Source of the DNA: Candidatus Gottesmanbacteria bacterium
GTDB lineage: Bacteria; Patescibacteriota; Microgenomatia; UBA10105; UBA927
Reading direction: 5' to 3'
Assembly (NCBI GenBank): GCA_963714095.1
Contig: OY970230.1
Location: 596,084-660,083 of the forward strand
Length of the DNA stretch: 64,000 nucleotides
Within the stretch, counting starts at the first letter, position 1. Every line of letters begins with the position of its first letter. Shown here piece by piece: positions 56,727 to 64,000 of this stretch. The position numbers were made by a program, and so were the translations under genes. The notes beneath the pieces were generated by a model, which did not search any database, was not told where the DNA came from, and saw only the letters and a list, made by a program, of their open reading frames with translations.

Positions 56727-57684
56727 ACCGGTTTTGGATATCCTTGATAATATCGGATAATTCATTAAATAAAAAGTGCTCCGGTTTCCACCCGAGAGAG
56801 AGGATCTTGCGATTATCCAGAAGGCGTTGCTTTGATCCTTCGGGCAGCGACGTATTAAAATTGACCGAGATACGGGGTAAATTCATGGCTTTTTGTACAG
56901 CATAGACGATTTCTTTGATGGTATGATCGTCTTGAGGGTCGATATTATATATTTCTCCATTCCCCCCTTTTTTCATAAGCAACACCAGCGCGCTGACGAG
57001 ATCTAATACGTGAAGAAATGACCGTTTTTGTTTCCCTGTTCCATAGACCTCTATGCTGGTTTTTGCGCGGATAAATTTTCTTATTATAGTCGGAATAAAA
57101 TGACCCATTATATCGAAGTGGTCTCTGGGGCCGTAGACGTTTATAGGGCGGACTATAACCGTGTAGAGAGGTGTGTTTTGAGAGTACCACGCCGCCATTT
57201 TCTCTCCCATTTTTTTTGCTAATGCATACCCCAATTTTGACGGTTCCGGATTTTCCCGATCATCTGTTTCTTTTGTAGGAGCACGCTGCTCCATTGCTTT
57301 CCGCGAATAGACGGAGGCAGAGCTGACCTGAATAAACTTCTTTACCTTATTCATCGATGCTGCTCGTAACGGTTGCATCTGCAGGAGCATATTTTCCTCG
57401 AACATATACTGAGTCCGGCCGATATCGAAATCAATACCCGTATTCATTGCTGCAAGGTTAAATACAATGTCCTGACCCTTTGTTGCTTTGAGGGCACCCT
57501 GCAACGTTGTTAAATCTACATTAAGAAAACGGATTGATTTCCGTATATGTTGAATGTTTGCATACGAATGTCGCTTGAGATTGTCTGCAATAGTGACATG
57601 GGCACCGGAGGCAATCAATTTTTCTGCCAGATGGGAGCCGATAAATCCTGCCCCGCCGGTAATAAGAATGTTATGAGATTTCAC
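56707..57684 (-). CDS. NAD-dependent nucleotide-sugar epimerase/dehydratase
   Basis: ITGGAGFIGSHL, SSASVY, YALAK, NVYGP. Confidence 0.9.
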   Translation of the reverse strand: MKSHNILITGGAGFIGSHLAEKLIASGAHVTIADNLKRHSYANIQHIRKSIRFLNVDLTTLQGALKATKGQDIVFNLAAMNTGIDFDIGRTQYMFEENMLLQMQPLRAASMNKVKKFIQVSSASVYSRKAMEQRAPTKETDDRENPEPSKLGYALAKKMGEKMAAWYSQNTPLYTVIVRPINVYGPRDHFDIMGHFIPTIIRKFIRAKTSIEVYGTGKQKRSFLHVLDLVSALVLLMKKGGNGEIYNIDPQDDHTIKEIVYAVQKAMNLPRISVNFNTSLPEGSKQRLLDNRKILSLGWKPEHFLFNELSDIIKDIQNRYATEKK

Positions 57685-57724
57685 AGAGTTTAGCTTTATT
57701 GAATTCTTTTGGGCGAGATTAATG

Positions 57725-58540
57725 TCAGTAAATGCGAGTTATAAGTGCGCTTTTGACGGCAGTGTTTTGGAATTGGAACCAAATATTTTCCCCTATTTTG
57801 ATTGCCGCCCCGTCAATGAAATAGGATACCCCCGTGAATGAAAACGTTTTAATTTTTAACAGCATGGTAATCTCTTTTCTGTCACTGTCGGGATTGCTAA
57901 TAAGAATGAGGCGCCCGTCAGTATCATAAAGCTGAGAAACCGTGTTGTCTGCCACTGTAACTGAAAGGATTGTTGCGACGGGATTACCTGACATATCGGT
58001 CATTTGCATGCCTTCTTTGTATGAATCTGCTTCCCAGGGATATGCATTAAGCACCTTTACCTCAATTTCTTTGTCTTTGTATGGAATTGTATTGCTTCCT
58101 ATATAGGTGATAATACCGCGGACGTTATATTGGCTGAATGTAAGATCCATCTGGTTGCCTATCTGAAGAGGTTGATAGTTAAATAGATAAATATGTTGTC
58201 GCTTGTCATATGACACGAGAAGTTTGAGATCTATATAGATTAAACGGTTAGTGCCCCCCATGTCATAGTTTTCAATAGATCCGACCTCAGCGATTTTTTG
58301 TCCGAACGAATTGTAGGCAAATTGTCCTTTGGTGAGCCCCTGCGCATACCAATAAGGTGCCGATCCCTGCCACCACGATGTGTTGTTAGAAATATTGAGT
58401 TTTACCCATATCCACTCTTCCTTTTTCGTCATTCGGTTATAAAGCACAAAGCCAAAAACAATACATATGCCCGCAATAATAAGCCAGTCAAGAATAGAGA
58501 GTTTTTTAATCTTATGTATAATAGAGGCAATGAATTTCAT
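57725..58540 (-). CDS. Membrane-anchored hypothetical protein (DUF4330-like tandem domains)
   Basis: LSILDWLII + TM, two repeats ending in Q.G/KIG...F; start uncertain (58540-58561). Confidence 0.55.
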   Translation of the reverse strand: MKFIASIIHKIKKLSILDWLIIAGICIVFGFVLYNRMTKKEEWIWVKLNISNNTSWWQGSAPYWYAQGLTKGQFAYNSFGQKIAEVGSIENYDMGGTNRLIYIDLKLLVSYDKRQHIYLFNYQPLQIGNQMDLTFSQYNVRGIITYIGSNTIPYKDKEIEVKVLNAYPWEADSYKEGMQMTDMSGNPVATILSVTVADNTVSQLYDTDGRLILISNPDSDRKEITMLLKIKTFSFTGVSYFIDGAAIKIGENIWFQFQNTAVKSALITRIY

Positions 58541-60023
58541 AAAGGCCATACGCTCCGCCATCAACAGAAGCTCTATAGCAACATATTTATTTGTTACTCT
58601 TCGCAAAAATACACCGATATTTTTTTGGGCGGTCTGTTATTATATATCGCTTTATTTTGCCACTTCAAACCTAACATTCTTTTTAATAAGCATCACATTC
58701 TTCATCTTGTTTTATAGCGTATTGAGTGATTTTAAGCAAGCCCTCTTTCTCATATTTGTTGCGTCCCTGCCTTTTGCAAAGGGCATGACGTTTGAATGGA
58801 TTATAATTCCAAGAGCGCTCGTTCCGCAGTTTGCATTATACGATGTCGGATATTATCTTATCTTGTCCCCATCCTACGTATTTTTGATAACGGCGTTGTA
58901 TGTAGGTGTACGTTCATGGCGCAATCGGAATATTAATATTATCGGCATGCCGATTATTGTGACGTTTGCGTTGTTTCTTCTTTGTGCGCTTCCGTCTCTT
59001 CTGAACACGTCATTTTCAACAATCGTGGCCCTGTCGAGTGTTCAATTGGCCCTTATGGGAGTTGTGTACCTGCTTCCGGTATTAACAGGTTTTACCAAGA
59101 CAACAGCAAAAAATTTACAATACGTTTTTGCGGCTTTTACTACACTTGAATCTTTTTGGGTGGTTTTGCAATATATTAGTCGCGGGCCGTTGGGTCGGTA
59201 TATTGAAGCGACGTTAGCATTAAATCGTTATGGGGTTACTCCGGGAGAAAACAGCTTTTTATTGCGGTTGAGCGGAACGTTTTTTGAATCAAGTATTCTC
59301 GGGACATTTATGCTCATGCACATTTTTTATTTTTCGGAATTACTGTTCAGACGGGCCTATTCAAACAAAACAGAGCTCTATATCTATGCACTTTCGATGT
59401 TCGGCGCGCTGGTGTCTATTATTTTAACGGCGAGCCGCGGTATTTATGCCCTTTTTCTTGTTGCGGGACTGATATTTTTCTTTGTTCACCGCCGTGAATT
59501 GTCTCGAAAAGTATTCAATAAGAGAGTGATAAAAATTGTTATTCTTCTTCTTCTTTGCGGTACATTTCCCTTTTTGTCATATCTTACAGATCGGATTCAG
59601 ACGATAATAACTATTTTTGCTCCTGGAGGAAGCGGAGACTTCCGTTTGGCGCTTATCCAATACGCAGCTCGCGTTGCTCAGGTACATCCGTTTGGGGTGG
59701 GGCTTAACATTGCCCCGTATGTTTTTGCAGTCGGTTTTCCTGGAGAACGAATTTTTGATCCGTCTCAACCGCACAATATATTTTTTCAAATTCTTGCGGA
59801 GATGGGCGCACCGGGACTAATCGCATTTTTACTATTTCTTTGGGTGGTATACCGGAGATATGTACTAACCCCTGTTTCCCGTGCGGCGCCGTACTTCGTT
59901 TCATCACTTATTTTCCTTTTTGCTGCACAATTTTATCCTATATTTATAAGCCAACCAGAAATATTATCGTATTTTTTCCTTCATTTGGGCCTTATGAGTT
60001 GGTCATTGTACAAAAAACGGTGA
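58530..60023 (+). CDS. O-antigen ligase/polymerase-like membrane protein
   Basis: RLSGTF, LTASRG, PFGVG, PHNIFFQILAEMG; TGTATAAT 7 nt before ATG. Confidence 0.85.
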   Translation: MNFIKAIRSAINRSSIATYLFVTLRKNTPIFFWAVCYYISLYFATSNLTFFLISITFFILFYSVLSDFKQALFLIFVASLPFAKGMTFEWIIIPRALVPQFALYDVGYYLILSPSYVFLITALYVGVRSWRNRNINIIGMPIIVTFALFLLCALPSLLNTSFSTIVALSSVQLALMGVVYLLPVLTGFTKTTAKNLQYVFAAFTTLESFWVVLQYISRGPLGRYIEATLALNRYGVTPGENSFLLRLSGTFFESSILGTFMLMHIFYFSELLFRRAYSNKTELYIYALSMFGALVSIILTASRGIYALFLVAGLIFFFVHRRELSRKVFNKRVIKIVILLLLCGTFPFLSYLTDRIQTIITIFAPGGSGDFRLALIQYAARVAQVHPFGVGLNIAPYVFAVGFPGERIFDPSQPHNIFFQILAEMGAPGLIAFLLFLWVVYRRYVLTPVSRAAPYFVSSLIFLFAAQFYPIFISQPEILSYFFLHLGLMSWSLYKKR

Positions 60024-60024
60024 T

Positions 60025-61170
60025 ATGAAGCCAACAATATTTATTATTCCGTTTATTCTACCGTGGGACCGGCCAGCCGATTATCAAAGACAAACATGTT
60101 TTGAATTAGCAGGAAAACACAAAGTAATCGCTTACATGCAGAAGGACGCAGTATTTTTTTTAAAAGCGGTTTTTGGCACAGAGACATATTCATCCAAATA
60201 TTTGGCGTATAAAAATATATCTTTTTATAGACCGTTGTACCTTTTTCCGTTCCGTAGAATTAGCGTAATTGAGGCAATAAATAGAACAGTAAGCTTTGTT
60301 TTGTTTCAGATTTTTATTCTTCAATTACGTAGAAGCATTTTTTGGATATTTGATCCAGAATTTTGCACGTTCCCGAAATTGATACACGGTATTTCAATAT
60401 ATGACTGCGTTGATTATCATGCAGGTTTTCACCAAGGAGAAAAAGCCGCAACGGTAAGGAAACAGGAGGTTACATTGATTAAAAAAGTAGATTATTTTTT
60501 TGTAAATTCCCATGTTTTGTATAGATTACACAGATCAGTACGAAAACCAGATGCTATAGTGCCGCAAGGATTTCGACTCGGTAAGTTTCGGTTTTTAGTC
60601 AAAGCTCCTATTCAGATTTCACAGAAAAAGCCAGTTATTGGTTATGTGGGCGCGTTGGATTACCGATTGGATACGGCTTTACTCAAAAGTCTTATTCAAA
60701 ATAATTTACGCTGGACGTTTGTTTTGTGGGGTTCATCACAAAGCGAAGAGAAAAACGAAGAAACCAAAGTGAAACAGGACATGTATACGATTTTGCACTT
60801 ACCGAATGTGATAACAGGTGAAAGCCGTGATAGCCAAAATATCTGTTCAATAATTCAGCAATTTACTATCGGTATAATTCCGTACCGTGAGACCCTCCCA
60901 GGGGTAACGTATTCATACCCGATGAAGCTTTTTGAGTATTTTTATATGGGTAAGCCAGTCCTGTCGACGTCAATTGAAGAATTAAGGCGTTTCCCAACAT
61001 ATGTAAAAATCGGGAAGACAGCAAAATCATGGGAAAAGCATATCACATCACTCCTTTCTTGTTCCTGGCCGATATCGTATCAGGAGGAACAGCAGACATT
61101 GGCCAGGCAAAATAGTTGGAAAAGAAAGATAGACATGATAATGAGCTATATCAGCGGATCGGGTCAATGA
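60025..61170 (+). CDS. Glycosyltransferase family 4 (TuaH-like)
   Basis: IYDCVD, IGYVGAL..RLD, YPMKLFEY..GKPVLST, NSW. Confidence 0.85.
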   Translation: MKPTIFIIPFILPWDRPADYQRQTCFELAGKHKVIAYMQKDAVFFLKAVFGTETYSSKYLAYKNISFYRPLYLFPFRRISVIEAINRTVSFVLFQIFILQLRRSIFWIFDPEFCTFPKLIHGISIYDCVDYHAGFHQGEKAATVRKQEVTLIKKVDYFFVNSHVLYRLHRSVRKPDAIVPQGFRLGKFRFLVKAPIQISQKKPVIGYVGALDYRLDTALLKSLIQNNLRWTFVLWGSSQSEEKNEETKVKQDMYTILHLPNVITGESRDSQNICSIIQQFTIGIIPYRETLPGVTYSYPMKLFEYFYMGKPVLSTSIEELRRFPTYVKIGKTAKSWEKHITSLLSCSWPISYQEEQQTLARQNSWKRKIDMIMSYISGSGQ

Positions 61171-62095
61171 GAGAATAAATAAAACCAACCAACAATCCTC
61201 TGTTTCGATAGACTATCGTATTAAACGCGTCTCGCACATCGTTTCCTAATTGTTTGTTCCAACGGAATAACAGTATTTTTTTTAGCAGTCTCCGTGTTCT
61301 TATATAATTATCGCGGACGTTCGCTAAAATAATGGGTTTTGCAAAAGAATAACCTTGAAAATAAAAATAACCATAACATGCCGTTTCTCCGCATGTATAC
61401 GATAAGTTTTGTTTCTTCATTTGCCCGTTAGTTAACCATTTATTGTGATAGATAAGCACATCAGGATTGTATATCAGTGTCTTATTTTTGATAAGACAAC
61501 GGAGTGAAATTTCCGCATCTTCCGCATTGCTGCCAATAGATTCCGGTCCAAGCCATGACTTAAAACCGCCAAGTGTACTAAATACCGCTTGACGGAAAGA
61601 GGCATTATTTCCAAAACCAATATATTTCCAGTGAAGACGAGGCTTTGTAATTACCCGGAATTCTTTGGAATTGAACGTAGAAGGACAGCGTTTTTTTGGA
61701 TTAGCTCCCGGCTTATATGGAAGTGTTTTTCCAAATACTCCAGCGATAGTGCTGTTATTTAGGAATGTTGTATATATTGATTCAAGCCACCCGGGAGAGA
61801 CGATACAATCGTCGTCAGTCAAAGCTATTATATCCCCCCTTGCTTTATTTATACCAATATTAAGAGCATTAGATTTTCCTTTTGTTGGTGTTTTTATATA
61901 CCGGATTCTGTCGGAATAATATTGCTGGAATAGATTATAGGAATCTTGGTTTTTGCTTTGATCTACGACTATAATTTCAAACTGTTTAAATGGATTTTTT
62001 AGAATTGAATCTATACACTGTTTTAGCTGAAGAGGCCGGTTTTTTGTCGCTATGATAGCTGAAATCAAAATACCACTGTTTTTTGATAGTTTCAT
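61151..62095 (-). CDS. Glycosyltransferase family 2
   Basis: ISAIIATKNR, IIVVDQS, LTDDDC, AEDAE. Confidence 0.87.
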   Translation of the reverse strand: MKLSKNSGILISAIIATKNRPLQLKQCIDSILKNPFKQFEIIVVDQSKNQDSYNLFQQYYSDRIRYIKTPTKGKSNALNIGINKARGDIIALTDDDCIVSPGWLESIYTTFLNNSTIAGVFGKTLPYKPGANPKKRCPSTFNSKEFRVITKPRLHWKYIGFGNNASFRQAVFSTLGGFKSWLGPESIGSNAEDAEISLRCLIKNKTLIYNPDVLIYHNKWLTNGQMKKQNLSYTCGETACYGYFYFQGYSFAKPIILANVRDNYIRTRRLLKKILLFRWNKQLGNDVRDAFNTIVYRNRGLLVGFIYSLIDPIR

Positions 62096-62111
62096 AATTT
62101 AACACAGCAGC

Positions 62112-63092
62112 TTATCTACCCGTCAGATGCGATAGCTCGTTTTCCCCATGTTTCGCCAGAAAATATAGCAGGGGCCCGAGAGTAATATAGCTGAGAGAAA
62201 AGACTAAAAACATCGGATCTTTGAACTGGCGAAGATAATAATCATCTCCACCCCGAGCAAAATTTTTTATGGAGGACCACAGAATATGAGTGAATGTGTA
62301 TTGGGCAAAGGAAGGATACTGCTCTTTCAGAAGTGTGTTCATGAGAAAATTTTCTGCACCCGCTCGGAGGTGACGCTTAATGATGTAGGTTTTTTTAAAC
62401 CGTTCAAGGCTAAAAACATGCGTTGACGTTACAGTGGGAATATACCAGACCTGTTTCTTTTCTAGCATTAATCGATTGCAAAGCTCATAATCTTCCGCCC
62501 CAATATACGTATTTCGATATGTTTTTCCGAATTTTGTGTTAAAAAGCTGTTTCTGTTTAGGTATCATGTTTTTATTCACACTTATTAATGCACCACATAA
62601 CAGATCGTTCATGCGCATACGTGTTGGGTTTTCACCGTAGTCGATATATGCATATATCCAATTATATTTATGAAGAAGAGATTGATACGATGCATTATTA
62701 GGTGGTAACCGTTTCAAAATTGTCGGGTCGGGTATAATGCGGCCACCAAGTAAGGCGGCGTGCGGATGTTGATTCCATGCCCTGTTTAACAAAGACAGAA
62801 AATTTGGTTGTATACGAGTGTCGTCATCAAGAAAGACAACATGGTCAAAACGGGCGAGTTTATAGCCACGGTTTCGGGCAAATGAGAGTCCGGGAATTGA
62901 TTCATCAAGGCGCAGATGCTGAAGTTCAGGATCAATCCGTTTTATTAGAGATACAGTATTATCTGTTGTTCCATTGTGGATGACAATAATCTCAAAATCA
63001 TTTTTTGGATAGAGCTGAGCAAGCAATTGTTTAACAAGGAGAGTGACTTGATCTGCCCTATTTCTTGTGGGGATAACGACGGAAAATCGCAT
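62112..63092 (-). CDS. Glycosyltransferase family 2
   Basis: FSVVIPTRNR, GLSFARN, FLDDD, GAEDYEL. Confidence 0.87.
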   Translation of the reverse strand: MRFSVVIPTRNRADQVTLLVKQLLAQLYPKNDFEIIVIHNGTTDNTVSLIKRIDPELQHLRLDESIPGLSFARNRGYKLARFDHVVFLDDDTRIQPNFLSLLNRAWNQHPHAALLGGRIIPDPTILKRLPPNNASYQSLLHKYNWIYAYIDYGENPTRMRMNDLLCGALISVNKNMIPKQKQLFNTKFGKTYRNTYIGAEDYELCNRLMLEKKQVWYIPTVTSTHVFSLERFKKTYIIKRHLRAGAENFLMNTLLKEQYPSFAQYTFTHILWSSIKNFARGGDDYYLRQFKDPMFLVFSLSYITLGPLLYFLAKHGENELSHLTGR

Positions 63093-63112
63093 AGATTGTT
63101 TGGAAATATAAT

Positions 63113-63985
63113 TTAGTTTGGTTTTCGTAGTTGCTTAAATTGTTTTTTCCAGATTCCGCGAAGTTTCGACAGATCTGTTTTGGCGAGGGTATGGACGTCC
63201 AGCAGCAGCCTTTTTGTTTTTGGAATCTGAATGCTGTTGATAAATAAGTTTAAGTGGGTACCACCAAATATATGATCAAAAGCACCGTGTTCTTCTTTCG
63301 TAAAACTGTGACAATCGTTTTTTATGGCTGAATAGAGAACGCCACCCGTGTCAAACCGGTGCCAATGTTTTCCCTCTTTGAATGTGAAAGGCCGAAAGGG
63401 ATCGAATTCATCACGATAGGTGGTTTTGAGGTATGCAACTTTTTTTCTGAATTTGCCTATATCCTGAATCCAGTAAAAAGAGGAATGAATTCTTGGATGC
63501 ACGATACACTGCGTCCATTCATCAATATGTGTTGGCATGAAGCTGCCAGCCAGTAGTGCATCAAAATGCCAGCTTTCGCAGTTTTTCCATAGTATTACGT
63601 CAGGATCAAGATTGACGACGGTACCTGTGATCGGTTGATTTATGAGAATGTCTTCCAGATACGTCTGATGAGGAATTTCGAACTCGAGCTGGAAGTATTG
63701 GCAATGTGTATTTGTTGCAAGGCGTTTAATCTCTTTTCTGGCAGAGGGGACGCTTGCGTTATCTATTATCGTGACTATGGCGTGTGGAAACCCAACGCGT
63801 ATAGATTGGAAAATAAGTGTCGTTCCGTATAATTGTTTTTTGTTTTTACAATACGTCAGGATAAATACTTTTATTTTGGTGGGGTCTTGAAAATTTTTGG
63901 TGAGTTTTGGCGGCAACGGTATAATTCGTTGATCTCCGGAGAGTTTACGATATAATCTCCCATATATGCGGGAAAGCACACTCAT
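63113..63985 (-). CDS. Hypothetical protein, possible GT-A fold glycosyltransferase
   Basis: IIDNAS and NLDPDVI (DxD) motifs in glycan-locus context. Confidence 0.5.
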   Translation of the reverse strand: MSVLSRIYGRLYRKLSGDQRIIPLPPKLTKNFQDPTKIKVFILTYCKNKKQLYGTTLIFQSIRVGFPHAIVTIIDNASVPSARKEIKRLATNTHCQYFQLEFEIPHQTYLEDILINQPITGTVVNLDPDVILWKNCESWHFDALLAGSFMPTHIDEWTQCIVHPRIHSSFYWIQDIGKFRKKVAYLKTTYRDEFDPFRPFTFKEGKHWHRFDTGGVLYSAIKNDCHSFTKEEHGAFDHIFGGTHLNLFINSIQIPKTKRLLLDVHTLAKTDLSKLRGIWKKQFKQLRKPN

Positions 63986-64000
63986 AATATTTTGTAATAG

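Noticed and set aside
1-64000. Alternative genetic code (TGA=Gly, as in Gracilibacteria/Absconditabacteria)
   Set aside because: Conserved genes are full length under code 11, and several end in TGA with ATGA coupling.

Overview
Origin-of-replication region of a small-genome bacterium, most likely Patescibacteria/CPR (Microgenomates-like, genetic code 11). The taxonomy is inferred from gene content only. Left of oriC: two tRNA-Ser, thiN, comF, tmRNA+smpB, a SpoIID-domain protein, and a relaxase-less type IV secretion-like locus. That locus has nine VirB2/TrbC-like pilins in two arrays, plus VirB6-like, VirD4-like, PrgI, VirB4, a C39-like peptidase and an Ig-domain protein. It is interrupted by an ECF-sigma-headed mevalonate-to-undecaprenyl-PP operon and by nadD/nadE. 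Centre: dnaN-dnaA with DnaA boxes and DnaA-trios. Right of oriC: a ~25 kb surface-glycan locus that begins with a plant-type RGP/UDP-arabinopyranose mutase homolog and includes four GT-C transferases, two O-antigen-ligase-like proteins, a PssD/PssE pair, many GT2/GT4 enzymes and a radical SAM enzyme. The strongest leads are: two pilins with unrelated Cys-rich N-termini on an identical 351-bp constant cassette; the RGP/UAM homolog; the PMK-Nudix fusion and Zn-ribbon-less DUF35 in the mevalonate operon; a vestigial radical SAM gene start that records a tandem duplication; and pervasive leaderless gene starts. All family calls come from motif recognition by eye, with no database searches run.
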